From positions 1 through 53,606 of IMG/VR virus record IMGVR_UViG_3300010376_000042: a stretch of DNA of 53,606 nucleotides; one strand, given 5' to 3'. Source of the stretch: a virus (taxonomy: Duplodnaviria > Caudoviricetes). The position numbers and the translations under genes are program-made. The stretch's first letter is position 1; every line of letters begins with the position of its first letter. The notes beneath the pieces are model-generated. The model did not search any database and had not been told where the DNA came from. It worked only from the letters and a program-made list of their open reading frames with translations. Of the stretch, positions 18,356-28,865 are shown piece after piece.

Positions 18356-19886
18356 GTTGGTGACCATACCCAACATTCAGCTGATCGCAACTGGCGAATG
18401 GCTAGCCAGCACCGGCAAGGTCACATTCACCGCTGAAGACCTGCGCAACATCATGGCTAGCCAAGGCGCACCGGACGTCAAGGAGCCGCGCATGATCCTG
18501 GGCCACACGCCTGGGGCTGAGCCGCCCGGCATGAGCGCAGTGGCGGACGAAGGCTTCTTCGGTGAGCAGCCAGCTATCGGCAAGTTCACAAACCTGGCGC
18601 TCAGTGCAGACGGCCAGGAAATCACCGCAGACTTGGTCGGCGTGCCCAAGTGGCTAGCCGATATCTTGCCCACAGCATACGCGAACCGCAGCGTTGAGGT
18701 GTACTGGGATGTGCCTAGCGGCATCCTGGGTGCGCCTAACCATGCAGCGGTGATGCCGCGTGTAGCGCTGTTGGGCCACAATCTTCCAGCTGTAGCAACC
18801 TTGGATGATCTCAAGGTGCTGTTCAGCGAGGAGGGGCCAGCCGAAGTGGAGTTTGACGACGCCACTGAGGCTGAGCCGGAACTGGCAAAGGCGTCCAAGC
18901 GCATAGCCGCTCATAAGGAGGTAGCAATGCCAAACAGAGTCGCGGCGAGCGTGCAGTTTGAGGACGTTCGGCGCGAGTTCTACAACAGCTTCGCCACAGA
19001 GGCATCGGGCCGCTATTGGTGGTACATCACCGCCGTATATGTGGACCCACCGACCTTGATCGTCGACGATGATGACGAATCGCTTTGGTCCGTGCCATAC
19101 ACGGTCAAGGGCGATGCGGTCGAATTCGGCGAGCCGGTCAAGATCAAGGTGCAGTATGTGGAGGAGGAGTCCGGCAAGGTCGCAGCATCGGCACCAGCCA
19201 GTGGTGCGGTCGGGCGGCAGTACACAAAGGCCGCCAGTCGGCCCAGTGATCGAACCAGAACAAAGGAGAAGGCAGAGATGGGAATCGACATCCCTGCCCT
19301 TCGCGAGCGCACAGGGTTGACTGTCGAGCAGTTGCCCGACGACGCTTCCGAGGAGCAGATCAACGCGGCTCTCTCCGCTCCCGCGCCAGAGGCTCCGGCC
19401 GGTGGCGACGGCGAGGCTGAGACCGAGACAGCACCGGAGGGTGGTGAGACCGAGACGCAGCAGCCAGCAACAACGGCGGCTTCGGCTGGGGACGACGGCA
19501 CCGTCCGCGTCGACCGTGCAGCATGGGAGGCCATGCAGGCTAGCCATGCGGAGCTCCGCACGGACCTGGAGGGTCGTGTCAAGGCATCACGCGAAGGCGT
19601 CGTGCAAGACGCGATCAAGGCGGGTAAGATCCCGCCCTCCCGCAAGGATCACTACATGAAGCTCATGACGGCTGACCCGGATGGGACAGTAGAGCTTCTG
19701 AACAGCCTGGAGGCCACGATCCCGGTAGAGCAGCGCGAGACCGGCGTCGCGGACCCAGGTGGTTCGACTCAAGCAGCCATGTCGGACTACGACATGTCCT
19801 GGCTGAGTGATGCAGAGCGGCAGCGAGTCGAAGCCCAGCGGGCTGGCACGCCGACCGCACCACCACGAGTAGTCTCGGAGGCGTGA
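18348..19886 (+). CDS. Capsid maturation protease with scaffold C-terminus (Mu gpI-like)
   Basis: LGH, YANRSVE, VALLG..PAV..L protease motifs; AIKAGKIPPSRK scaffold end; lies between portal and capsid genes. Confidence 0.8.
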   Translation: MSELVTIPNIQLIATGEWLASTGKVTFTAEDLRNIMASQGAPDVKEPRMILGHTPGAEPPGMSAVADEGFFGEQPAIGKFTNLALSADGQEITADLVGVPKWLADILPTAYANRSVEVYWDVPSGILGAPNHAAVMPRVALLGHNLPAVATLDDLKVLFSEEGPAEVEFDDATEAEPELAKASKRIAAHKEVAMPNRVAASVQFEDVRREFYNSFATEASGRYWWYITAVYVDPPTLIVDDDDESLWSVPYTVKGDAVEFGEPVKIKVQYVEEESGKVAASAPASGAVGRQYTKAASRPSDRTRTKEKAEMGIDIPALRERTGLTVEQLPDDASEEQINAALSAPAPEAPAGGDGEAETETAPEGGETETQQPATTAASAGDDGTVRVDRAAWEAMQASHAELRTDLEGRVKASREGVVQDAIKAGKIPPSRKDHYMKLMTADPDGTVELLNSLEATIPVEQRETGVADPGGSTQAAMSDYDMSWLSDAERQRVEAQRAGTPTAPPRVVSEA

Positions 19887-19887
19887 C

Positions 19888-20661
19888 ATGGCCGAAGCTC
19901 CGGAATGCATTCCGTTCTTCGAAAACGCCGATCGACTCACCGGGCAGTGCACCGCGCCGGTCGTCGGCTGTCGCTTCGTAACGTCGAGCGCTAATCTCAT
20001 TAGCGGTCCCGGCATTCCCGTCACGGCTCAGGTCGGCGCGTCCGACCCGGTCGATGGCGGCAACATCCAGGTGTCCCATGCTCCGGCAGGCTCGCGCCCG
20101 CTGGGTGTGTCCACCTGGACCGAAGCCGAAGGTGGGGATATCGGCATCATCACCGAGGGCGTTGTCCCGGTGTTGGCCGGTGCCAACCTCAACCCAGGCC
20201 AGGTCTGCGCCGTTGGTGCAGAAGGCAAGGCTGTCGCCATGGCGGCAGAAGGCAGCGCAGCGTCGCTGGAAACCGGCGTTGTCGCCAACAACAACAGGAT
20301 CAAGTTCACCGCAGTGGTGCCAGGTGCCCACGCGGGACTCAAGATCGTGCTTGCGGTTGCCGGCAACAACACCCCTCTGTCCGTGTCGGTCGCGGGCGAA
20401 GTGGTGACGGTGCATGTCGCCACCGGCGGCGCAGGCGAAGCGCTGAGCACGGCGGCGCAGGTGATCGCCGCAGTCAACGCGAGCGCTGCGGCGTCCGCGC
20501 TGATGACAGCCGCCAATGGCGGTGCGTCCAACGGAACCGGCGTCGTGGCGGCTGTGGCCGAAACCGCGCTGGCCGGTGGAACACTCCCGACCGAACCCGC
20601 TGGCCTGGTGGTCAACGGCGCGACGTCGGGCACGTTCGCAATGGTCAAGCTGCTCTGCTAG
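19888..20661 (+). CDS. Capsid decoration/cement protein (DUF2190-like) with inserted beta domain
   Basis: PLGV..., GVVPVLAGANL.PGQ...GAEGKAV; sits immediately before the major capsid gene. Confidence 0.7.
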   Translation: MAEAPECIPFFENADRLTGQCTAPVVGCRFVTSSANLISGPGIPVTAQVGASDPVDGGNIQVSHAPAGSRPLGVSTWTEAEGGDIGIITEGVVPVLAGANLNPGQVCAVGAEGKAVAMAAEGSAASLETGVVANNNRIKFTAVVPGAHAGLKIVLAVAGNNTPLSVSVAGEVVTVHVATGGAGEALSTAAQVIAAVNASAAASALMTAANGGASNGTGVVAAVAETALAGGTLPTEPAGLVVNGATSGTFAMVKLLC

Positions 20662-20699
20662 CAGAGCCCGAGTGAGAAGAAGGGAGTAGTGAGAAAAGA

Positions 20700-21608
20700 A
20701 TGACGCTAGTACCAAGTCCAGTACAGCATCCACTCGGGCCGCCAGTCGTAACCGGCTCTCTGGTCACGGTGGATGTGATGCTGAACCAGCCTACGCGCGT
20801 CACGCGGATGATCATGGACCTCTCGTTGCAGAGGTTCATCGCCGACCGCGTGTTCGCAAGTGCAGGCGGGGTGACGGGTGGCGCGGTCATCTATGACCAG
20901 GCCATCCTGAACCAGCTGTACCTGACCCGCGACGTCCAGAAGGTCGCACCGGGTGAGGAGATTCCGCTGGTGACAAGCGAACGCTTGACGCCGAAGGTCG
21001 CGGCTGTAGAAAAGTGGGGTGGTAAGACCTACATCACAGACGAGGCCAGGGATCGTAACAACAGCGTCGCGCTGACCAATCAGTTGCGACAGCTGACCAA
21101 CACGATCATCCGGAAGATCAACGCGAAGGCAATTGCCGTGCTGGAGAATACTCTGGCGGCGTTCCCGAGCCAGATCTACACCGGGCACGATTGGAACGCC
21201 TATCAGCCAGCCGGTACGAGCCCAAGCGCTCTCTCGGCCAGCCCGTGGGCGGACCTGATGACGGCGCAGATGCTGGCCGACAAGGACGAGTTGGGTGTCA
21301 CCTACGACACGGTGCTGCTCAACCCGCTGAACGTCCTGCGGCTGCGCCAGCTGTACACGTCGGCTTTGTTCCAGGGTCTCGAAGACCTCAACCTCACGAT
21401 CTACTCGTCCAACCGCGTTGCGGTAGGCAGCGGGTACATCGTGGCGTCTCAGCAGGTCGGAGAGATGCGCATCGAGAAGCCGCTCGGCACGGAGACGTGG
21501 CGCGAGCAGGGGACCGAGCGTAACTGGATCCAGAGCACCGTGCGTCCTGTCATGTACTGCACAAACCCGTTCTCGGTGCGTAAGATCACCGGAATCGGTA
21601 CGGCATAG
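20700..21608 (+). CDS. Major capsid protein
   Basis: 302 aa; TVDVMLNQPTRV, VAPGEEIPLV, KWGGKTYITDEARDRN resemble actinophage HK97-fold capsids; gene position. Confidence 0.85.
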   Translation: MTLVPSPVQHPLGPPVVTGSLVTVDVMLNQPTRVTRMIMDLSLQRFIADRVFASAGGVTGGAVIYDQAILNQLYLTRDVQKVAPGEEIPLVTSERLTPKVAAVEKWGGKTYITDEARDRNNSVALTNQLRQLTNTIIRKINAKAIAVLENTLAAFPSQIYTGHDWNAYQPAGTSPSALSASPWADLMTAQMLADKDELGVTYDTVLLNPLNVLRLRQLYTSALFQGLEDLNLTIYSSNRVAVGSGYIVASQQVGEMRIEKPLGTETWREQGTERNWIQSTVRPVMYCTNPFSVRKITGIGTA

Positions 21609-21623
21609 GGATGAGGTGATCAC

Positions 21624-22154
21624 ATGGCTCCAGCAACAGCATCCAAGGGACATGAGGTTCTCATCAAGCATGGCCTGTTCCGTTTCTACGACCCCGAGTT
21701 GCAGATCATCGGGGGCGAAGAGAAGGAGGTCCTGGTCGAGCGCATGGCGTTCCACAACGAGAAAGTTGTCATCCCCAGGGATGCCGACTTCGAGCGCGGC
21801 AAGCGGCTCGGCGCGTTCTGGACGCATCAGGAGGCTCAGGCACACTACACAGCACTCGGTGTGCCCGCTCCCAACCTGGGCGCGCAGGCGGCGGCTCTTG
21901 GGCCGCCACCGGCAGAAGACGACGGCGAGGAAGTCGAGCTCACCGAACTCGATGAGGACGATCTCGTCGACTGGCTGATGGGTACAGGCCAGTTCGATGG
22001 ACAGGCCAAGCCCACCGTTCAGCAGGTGGTGGAAGCCGGGCAGGAGGGTGGCCCGGAGTTCGCCACCAAGCTCGAAGCGGCTGAGAAGCGCGCCAGCGGC
22101 GACGCTCCTCGACAGGGCGTGACGGACGGATTGTCCAAGGTCACGGCAGGGTGA
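21624..22154 (+). CDS. Hypothetical head-associated protein
   Basis: GAGGTG RBS; C-terminal AEKRA...PRQGV..L motif common in genes after capsid genes. Confidence 0.65.
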   Translation: MAPATASKGHEVLIKHGLFRFYDPELQIIGGEEKEVLVERMAFHNEKVVIPRDADFERGKRLGAFWTHQEAQAHYTALGVPAPNLGAQAAALGPPPAEDDGEEVELTELDEDDLVDWLMGTGQFDGQAKPTVQQVVEAGQEGGPEFATKLEAAEKRASGDAPRQGVTDGLSKVTAG

Positions 22155-22162
22155 GGTAGAAG

Positions 22163-22645
22163 GTGCCCGTCTCAGAATACACCCCAACTCCGGCGGAAGT
22201 GGGAGCGCTCGTTCGCGCTCGCACGGTGGACAACGGTGGAAACGAGACGGGCACCTTTACCAACGAAACACGGCCAACGTTGGCTGAGGTAGAAGGGCTG
22301 ATATCGGATACGGTGCAGGAGTGCTACTCCTGCTTCGGGCAGGACATCCCCGACAGCCTGGGCAACGAAAAGAGTGCTCTACGCAACTCCGCCAAGCGCA
22401 TCGTGGCGTTCGGCGTGGGGGCGCTGATTGAGCTTAGCTACTTCCCCGAGCAGGTTGGCGCCAATCGGTCGCCATACAAGATGTACCAAGAACGGTACGA
22501 AAAGGGTCGCAAGCAGATCGAACAGGCGATAGCCGACATCAGGGCCGGGGACGAACCGGGGACAGACATGAACAGCCCATTGGCGCTGTCAGATGGCTTC
22601 CCAACGGACCAGGGCGGGATGGTTGGCTGGAACACGGTGTGGTGA
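22163..22645 (+). CDS. Head-tail adaptor
   Basis: Position; GTFTNETRPT..EV and IELSYFPEQ motifs. Confidence 0.65.
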   Translation: MPVSEYTPTPAEVGALVRARTVDNGGNETGTFTNETRPTLAEVEGLISDTVQECYSCFGQDIPDSLGNEKSALRNSAKRIVAFGVGALIELSYFPEQVGANRSPYKMYQERYEKGRKQIEQAIADIRAGDEPGTDMNSPLALSDGFPTDQGGMVGWNTVW

Positions 22646-22646
22646 C

Positions 22647-23123
22647 ATGAAGATAGTAATGGAGCTTCACGGTGAGACGCAGCTACAGCGTCGATTCCTC
22701 AGGTGGAGCAGCTTCGCTTCTGACGCCACAGCGGCCTTTGAGGGAATATACGCCTATCTACTCAAGGTTGAGAAGGAACAGTTCGCCAGCCAAGGCGCTA
22801 CCAGCGGGCATGCTTGGGCGCAGCTAGCGCAGAGCACTGTGCAGGCCAAGCAACGTCAGGGACTGCGGCCAGAGATTCTTCGCGCTCATGACTTGCTATT
22901 CAGTTCGCTTACCAAAAAGAGTGATCCCAACCAACTGAAGATAGTGCAGCCTAACATGCTGGCTTTCGGCAGCATGATGCCGTATGCGCGCTATCAACAG
23001 ACAGGAACTAGCCGCATGCCGCAGCGCCGTCCGATCGACCTGAATGTCAAAAACAAGATCGCGATCATCAAGGCGCTACAGCTGTTCTTGGCCCGTGGCA
23101 TAGTGCGGGTGCCTCAGCTATGA
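22647..23123 (+). CDS. Virion morphogenesis / neck protein (Mu gpG-like)
   Basis: F..QG....WAQL..ST, PYARYQQTGTSRMPQRR. Confidence 0.75.
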   Translation: MKIVMELHGETQLQRRFLRWSSFASDATAAFEGIYAYLLKVEKEQFASQGATSGHAWAQLAQSTVQAKQRQGLRPEILRAHDLLFSSLTKKSDPNQLKIVQPNMLAFGSMMPYARYQQTGTSRMPQRRPIDLNVKNKIAIIKALQLFLARGIVRVPQL

Positions 23124-23773
23124 CCTCCATTATCGGCACAATCAATGGTGCGGACATAGTGCAGAGCAAGGTGATTGCTCACCTCAAGCTGTGGCTGCCG
23201 ACGTACCTGTGCGAAGTTGACGAACAACGTGGCCTGCCGCGCGGCAAGACGGCATGGCCCAGATCTTGGCAGGTAGTGCCATCGCTAGACAACTCGTTGG
23301 AGCAGCAACTACCGGCGATGCTGATCATATGCCCTGGCACTGCATCCAAGCCCATCAAGGAAGGTGACGGCAAGTACCGCGCCACCTACACCGTGGGCGT
23401 GGCGGTGCTGGTGAAGGGCAACACCCAGCTAGCTACGAACGAAATGGCCAAGCGCTATGGAGCAGCTATCGCGACGGCCATGTTGCAGGAGAAGGGTCGC
23501 ATAGATGAGAACGTGCATGCATGCGCGTGGGAGGGTGACACTTACGACGACATACAAGTCGAGAGCAATCGCACCCTTTCATCCGCCATGGTGCACTTTG
23601 GCATCGAGTTCAGCAACATACTGAGCGAGCGTGACGGACCGGCGATGCCCATTATTGAGCCGGATCCATATGAACTACCCAAGCCAGAACCCAAGACAGA
23701 AAAGTACAACCCCTGGGGCATCATCCCAGACGAACAGCACATTCACGTAACCATCGAACCGAAGGAGTCGTGA
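23120..23773 (+). CDS. Tail terminator / completion protein
   Basis: Position before sheath; QLPAMLII motif. Confidence 0.6.
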   Translation: MTSIIGTINGADIVQSKVIAHLKLWLPTYLCEVDEQRGLPRGKTAWPRSWQVVPSLDNSLEQQLPAMLIICPGTASKPIKEGDGKYRATYTVGVAVLVKGNTQLATNEMAKRYGAAIATAMLQEKGRIDENVHACAWEGDTYDDIQVESNRTLSSAMVHFGIEFSNILSERDGPAMPIIEPDPYELPKPEPKTEKYNPWGIIPDEQHIHVTIEPKES

Positions 23774-24075
23774 TGAACGATTTCCGGTACGTGGGGTCTA
23801 CCCCTACGGATCTAGAAGGTGGGCGTCCCATCGCGCCGGGAGAGTTCACCGGCGAAATCGATGTGACCGAGGAAGCTCCCAAGAACAAGATGCTTTTGGA
23901 CGAGGGCTTGCTCGTGCCAGCACCTAGCGAGGCGGAACGCGAAACGCTTGCGCAGAAGGCCGAAAAGGCCCAGACGCAAGAAGAATCGTCTGCCGCCGCT
24001 GCGAAGGATGCCGGCGACACCGAGCCAACCACAACCACCGAAGACGGTGCAGGCACTGGAGGTACTGAGTCGTGA
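23770..24075 (+). CDS. Small acidic protein preceding sheath
   Basis: AAGGAG RBS; coupled to sheath gene. Confidence 0.65.
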   Translation: MMNDFRYVGSTPTDLEGGRPIAPGEFTGEIDVTEEAPKNKMLLDEGLLVPAPSEAERETLAQKAEKAQTQEESSAAAAKDAGDTEPTTTTEDGAGTGGTES

Positions 24076-25538
24076 CTGCTACACTGCCCAGGCCGGGGTA
24101 TAGCACTTCGGTCCTCAGCAGCCCGTTCCCATCCACGCTTATCACGGCGACCGGCACGTGGTTCGCGGCGGGCATCTGCGAAAAGGGTCCGCTCAAGCCT
24201 CTCAAGGTAGAAAGCCTGAGCGACTTCGTCAACAAGTTCGGCAGCCGCGTGTCGTATGGCATGATGTACGACGCGATGGACGAGTTCTTCTCGGACGGCG
24301 GGGCACTGGCCTACGTCGGCCGTGTGGTGGGGCCAGCGGCGGTTGTCGCGAGCCACACCCTGGAAGATGCTTCTGCCGGAGAATCCTTCAAGGCTGAAGC
24401 GCTCGGCCCTGGGGAATACGCCAACACCACCAAGGTGAAGGTGACTACGGTCAGCAGCAAATTCACCATCGAAGTTCTGGTGGGAAGCGTGGTGGTGGAA
24501 GTCTCGCCTTCGTTCGAAACGCAGGCCGAAGCCATAGCGTGGGCCGCGCTGAGCAGCTACATCGTGCTCAAGCTCGGAGCGTCGTCGCTGATCCCCAAGA
24601 CGCAAGAAGTGACGCTGACAGGCGGTGCCGATAACCGTGGCAGCATCACTGGCACGCAGTGGAAGGCTGGACTGGAATTGTTCGGCAAGTCACTTGGCCC
24701 CGGCCAGGTGTCGATGCCCGGACAGACCACCCAGGAAAACTACATCACGCAGTTGGAACACGCGCTCAACTACAACCGCTTCGCGCTGCTGGACGGACCG
24801 CAGAGCGGAACGGCGAGCACAGTGTCGGCGGCAGCCACCGCGCTGCGCGACACGGCAGGGCGCGACACCTATGGCATGATGTTCGCTCCTTGGGTGACGA
24901 TCCCAGGTGTGCTACCCGGCACTGTGCGGCAGATACCGCCAAGTGCGCTGGTGGCCGCCAAGATCGCCTCGTCCGATGGGGAAGGCAAGTCGCCCAACCG
25001 TCCTGCCGCTGCAACCAACGGCAAGAGCATCAGGGCGATCGGGCTGGAACAGAAGCCGTTCAACAGTGGTAGTGGTGAAGAAGTCACTCGTGACGAAATG
25101 TACACGAATGGCGTCAACATCATCAGGGAAGACGGTGGCGTCATCGAGGTTTATGGATGGCGTGTGCTGACCAACCCGAACGGCACGTTCCAGGACTGGC
25201 TCAACGCAGGCAACGCACGCCTGCGCATGGCCATCGTCGCCAAGGCCAACGCGATCGCGAAGCGGTTCGTGCTGGACGAAATCGACGGTGCCGGAAAGGT
25301 TCTCAAGGAATTCGAAGGAGAACTGAAGGCGATGTTGGGCGAATACTACAGGATGGGCTCGCTGTTCGGGGCTACGCCTGAAGAAGCGTTCAGCGTCAAC
25401 GTCGGGCCGAGCGTGAACACGCCGGAAACCCTGCACAATCTCGAAATGAAGGCCGCCATCGCGCTTCGGATGAGCCCGGACGCGGAGATGGTAGTCATAG
25501 TCATTTCGAAGGTGCCGATCACGCAGCCCCTGCCATAG
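24072..25538 (+). CDS. Contractile tail sheath protein
   Basis: PRPG start, F...FG, FF.DGG..AYVGRV, LTGGAD, RFALLD, PPSALVA, YGWRVL. Confidence 0.9.
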   Translation: MTATLPRPGYSTSVLSSPFPSTLITATGTWFAAGICEKGPLKPLKVESLSDFVNKFGSRVSYGMMYDAMDEFFSDGGALAYVGRVVGPAAVVASHTLEDASAGESFKAEALGPGEYANTTKVKVTTVSSKFTIEVLVGSVVVEVSPSFETQAEAIAWAALSSYIVLKLGASSLIPKTQEVTLTGGADNRGSITGTQWKAGLELFGKSLGPGQVSMPGQTTQENYITQLEHALNYNRFALLDGPQSGTASTVSAAATALRDTAGRDTYGMMFAPWVTIPGVLPGTVRQIPPSALVAAKIASSDGEGKSPNRPAAATNGKSIRAIGLEQKPFNSGSGEEVTRDEMYTNGVNIIREDGGVIEVYGWRVLTNPNGTFQDWLNAGNARLRMAIVAKANAIAKRFVLDEIDGAGKVLKEFEGELKAMLGEYYRMGSLFGATPEEAFSVNVGPSVNTPETLHNLEMKAAIALRMSPDAEMVVIVISKVPITQPLP

Positions 25539-25556
25539 AGAGGAAGGTGAGAACGC

Positions 25557-25970
25557 ATGAGCAGGCAAGATCAGTACAACGTTACCGTATCTGTCGCAGG
25601 CACAAACCTCGGAACCTTCGACAAGATGAGCGGTGGCGACTTCGACTCCGAGGAAACCAAGTACAAGCCGGGTGCCATGGCACCACAGATCAGCCTGGGA
25701 GGTTCCCAGACGGTCACCAACATCACGGTGTCCCGCCTGTACGTGCTCGAACGCGATCACCCTCTGATACCTTGGCTCAAGGCTCAGGTCGGCAGGGGAG
25801 TGGTTGTGGTGTCCAAGCAGCCGATGGACATCAACGAACACCCCTTCGGGAGTCCCATTGTGTATCAGGGGATTCTCAAGAAGGTCGTGCCGCCTCCGGC
25901 TGATTCGGGGGCGACGTCGACGCCAGCCCTGATCGAGTTCGAAGTCTCGACGGGCGGCACAGTCACCTAG
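25557..25970 (+). CDS. Tail tube protein
   Basis: 137 aa directly after sheath; FDKMSGG, NITVSR. Confidence 0.8.
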   Translation: MSRQDQYNVTVSVAGTNLGTFDKMSGGDFDSEETKYKPGAMAPQISLGGSQTVTNITVSRLYVLERDHPLIPWLKAQVGRGVVVVSKQPMDINEHPFGSPIVYQGILKKVVPPPADSGATSTPALIEFEVSTGGTVT

Positions 25971-25999
25971 TAACCAACAACACCGGGAGATAGAAGCAC

Positions 26000-26611
26000 A
26001 TGGACGCAGTAGACGAGACAGGCGCAGGGGTTGAGCAGACAGACGAGGCTCAGCCGCCTGCGCCGCTACAGGGCGGTGCGCTGGAGGTAGAACGCCAGTC
26101 GCTGCTGGACCAGCTGGCTGAGACACGTCAGGAGATCAAGGAACAGGCCAAGCCGTTGCATCTGGACGTGCCTGGCTACAAAGACCAGCTGTGGGTGCGG
26201 TTCAGGCCGTACTCCATCAGCAAGACGGAGCGCAAGGTGCGCGCGCTCCAGAGCGGTGTCAACAAGAAGAAGCCGATGCTGTTGGCTGGCGCTTGCGACA
26301 CTATCATCGACGCGTGCGAGCAGGTGATGCTCCTGCCCGAGCGCTTCCACGGCGACATCGGTGAGGACGGGAAGAACCTGATCACCATTGATGACGTGGT
26401 GCCGGTCGGCTTCGACCAGCGCCTGGCTCAGCTGTTCAAGGTGCCGGGTGCCGATCGCATGACCGAAGCGCGTCAGGTGGTCATGGCCATGTTCCCCACC
26501 GAGCAGGCCATTCTCAAGATGAGCGTCACCGTGAGCGAATGGCTCAATGGTGAACTCAACGAGGACGCCGATGAGGAGTTCCTGGGAAACTCCGAGGGCA
26601 CGAGGCAGTAA
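26000..26611 (+). CDS. Tail assembly chaperone (short form)
   Basis: Between tube and tape measure; ends with a slippery heptamer. Confidence 0.75.
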   Translation: MDAVDETGAGVEQTDEAQPPAPLQGGALEVERQSLLDQLAETRQEIKEQAKPLHLDVPGYKDQLWVRFRPYSISKTERKVRALQSGVNKKKPMLLAGACDTIIDACEQVMLLPERFHGDIGEDGKNLITIDDVVPVGFDQRLAQLFKVPGADRMTEARQVVMAMFPTEQAILKMSVTVSEWLNGELNEDADEEFLGNSEGTRQ

Positions 26612-26760
26612 GGATGGCCGCATTCATCACAGAGGCAGGGCTGGACGGGGTCGCTTGGCTCAAGACCGACGACCGCGTTGAGAGCCTTGCCACGGTGGCG
26701 ATTGCGGAGGTCGTCCACGAGCGTCGTGCCGAGGCTCGTAAGAAGGCAGAACAAGGCTAA
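26584..26760 (+). other. Programmed -1 frameshift site GGGAAAC (26584-26590) and extension frame of the tail assembly chaperone
   Basis: G GGA AAC in frame; -1 frame (LRGHEAVRMAAFITEAG...KKAEQG) is open to TAA 26758-26760, which overlaps the tape-measure ATG. Confidence 0.8.
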
Positions 26761-28865
26761 TGCCCGTATCCGCTGAAGCGCTCGACATCATTCTGCGGTT
26801 GCAGGGGGTGCCGACGTATGTGGCGGGGATGCAGGAGGCCAGCGGTGCTAACGACGAGTTCGCCGCCAGCAGCAAGCGCGCATCGGGCATGAGCAACAGC
26901 GCAGCCGCCGCGTCTGAGAGGCAAGCAGGCGCGGCGGCTCTCGTTAGCAAGGCCATGAAGGGAACCGGGTTGATCCTGGCGGCAGCCGGGGTCGAGGGCA
27001 TCCGCATGGCGATCAAGTTCGAAAAGCAGATGGAGATGATCCACACCCAGGCTGGCGCGAGTCAGCAGGAAGTGGAAAAACTCAAGAAGGAGGTCCTCGC
27101 ACTAGCAGGCACCGTGCCGCAAGGTCCAGAAGAGCTAGCCATGGGACTGTACCACCTGGAGTCTATTGGACTCAGGGGTGCCAAGGCGATGGAAGCGCTC
27201 AAGATAGCCGCGCAGGGCGCGGCTGTCGGCAACACCGACCTAGAGTCTACCGCTAGTGCGCTCGGTGCCGCCTGGATCGTGAACATCAAGGGCGCAGGCG
27301 GCTTCCACGACACTATGGGTGTGCTCAACGCCACCGTCGGCGCGGGCAACATGCGCATGGGCGAACTGATCAATGCGCTAGGCACGGGCATCCTGCCGGT
27401 AGCCAAGCTCGCTGGCCTGAGCATCCAGGATGTAGGTGCAGCGCTGGCGACGCTGTCCGATTCGGGCTACAGCGCGAGCAGCGGTGCGGCACAGCTGGGC
27501 ACCGCGCTGCACTTCCTATACGCGCCGACGACCAAGGCCAAGAAGGCGTTGGAAAGCCTTGGGCTGACGCAGGCTCAACTACTCAGCGAAATGAGCGGCC
27601 CGAAGGGTCTGCATGGCGCGCTGGAACTACTCAAGACGCACCTGAGCAACGCAGGCGACCACGCAGAACAGATGGAAAAGCTAGGCGAAATCTTCCCTGG
27701 TGGCCGTGGCAAGGTGATCCTGACGTTGATCACCGAGCTCGAACGTCTGGAAATGAAGCGCAACCAGATAAACCGCACGGGCGGCGCGTTCAGCGATGCC
27801 GTCAAGCGCACGATGGAACAGCCTGCCGTCCGCATCCAGAAGGCGTGGTCCAAGTTCCAGGCCATCCTGATCGAACTGGGTCAAGCGATGGAGGGTCCGG
27901 CTACCGCTGCGCTCGTCACCTTCGCCAAAGCGCTAGGCGGTGTGTTGGGCCTACTAATGGCGATGACCGATCACGGCAAACTGCTGGTGCCCATTATCCT
28001 GGGGCTGGCAGGTGCGTGGCTCATATACAAGGGTGCGGTGATGGCCGCCGCTATCGCCGAGTGGGCTTACAACGGTGCGATGACGGCGCTGGCCATCGCC
28101 AGCCTCATACCAGAGATCACCAGCATGGCAGATGCTTGGTTCCTGTTGGACGCCGCGATGGATGCCAATCCCATCGGCTTGATAGTGCTAGCAATCGCCG
28201 CAGCGGTAGCGGCTATCGCGTTGGCGACATACGAGATTATCACCCACTGGAAGCAGATCGTAAACTTCTTCAAGGGTTGGGGTGGCGTGCTACTGCCGCT
28301 GATCCTCGGGCCGTTCCTCGGCGGCGCGCTGCTAATCGTGCTGCATTGGAAAGTGGTCAAGAACTTCTTTATGGGCGTGGTCCATTGGATCGAAACGGCA
28401 TGGGGCAAACTAGGAGGCATCCTGGCGTGGCCGTTCGAATGGCTATGGAAGAAGGCCATGTCCATCTTCGCTGCCATCAAGAAGGGTCTGGGCGAAATCA
28501 TCAACGCGCCCGGTCACGTGTGGCACGACATCACTGGTGGCGCGAGCAGCGTGCTGGGCTCCCTTGGTCACGTGCTCGGGGGCATCCCAGGTATGGCGGC
28601 AGGCGGGACAATGACATCGAGCGGCTTCGCACTCATCAATGAGGGTGCAGCCGGTGAGACGGTGTGGCTGCCAGGCGGTAGTACGGTGCAGCCTAGCCCA
28701 GCTAGTAGCCTCCTAAGCCCACGAGCCCACACACCCAACCCTGCCCCACAGCAGGAAGGGATGCAGGTGTTCCTAGAGGCTTACCTACAGATGCCGCCCG
28801 GTACGGGTCGCGGCCTGTTCAAGCTCATTACTAAGGAAGTCGCAATCAAGAAGGCGCGGACATGA
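26760..28865 (+). CDS. Tape measure protein (TP901-type core)
   Basis: 701 aa Ala/Gly-rich helical; FEKQM, Trp-periodic repeats, MAAGG...INEG..GE C-terminus. Confidence 0.88.
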   Translation: MPVSAEALDIILRLQGVPTYVAGMQEASGANDEFAASSKRASGMSNSAAAASERQAGAAALVSKAMKGTGLILAAAGVEGIRMAIKFEKQMEMIHTQAGASQQEVEKLKKEVLALAGTVPQGPEELAMGLYHLESIGLRGAKAMEALKIAAQGAAVGNTDLESTASALGAAWIVNIKGAGGFHDTMGVLNATVGAGNMRMGELINALGTGILPVAKLAGLSIQDVGAALATLSDSGYSASSGAAQLGTALHFLYAPTTKAKKALESLGLTQAQLLSEMSGPKGLHGALELLKTHLSNAGDHAEQMEKLGEIFPGGRGKVILTLITELERLEMKRNQINRTGGAFSDAVKRTMEQPAVRIQKAWSKFQAILIELGQAMEGPATAALVTFAKALGGVLGLLMAMTDHGKLLVPIILGLAGAWLIYKGAVMAAAIAEWAYNGAMTALAIASLIPEITSMADAWFLLDAAMDANPIGLIVLAIAAAVAAIALATYEIITHWKQIVNFFKGWGGVLLPLILGPFLGGALLIVLHWKVVKNFFMGVVHWIETAWGKLGGILAWPFEWLWKKAMSIFAAIKKGLGEIINAPGHVWHDITGGASSVLGSLGHVLGGIPGMAAGGTMTSSGFALINEGAAGETVWLPGGSTVQPSPASSLLSPRAHTPNPAPQQEGMQVFLEAYLQMPPGTGRGLFKLITKEVAIKKART

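Noticed and set aside
12672-26126. Long minus-strand ORFs (12672..13805, 18654..19547, 19663..20733, 20706..22187, 23721..24605, 24912..26126)
   Set aside because: Antisense shadows of well-supported plus-strand genes in GC-rich DNA; no recognisable motifs
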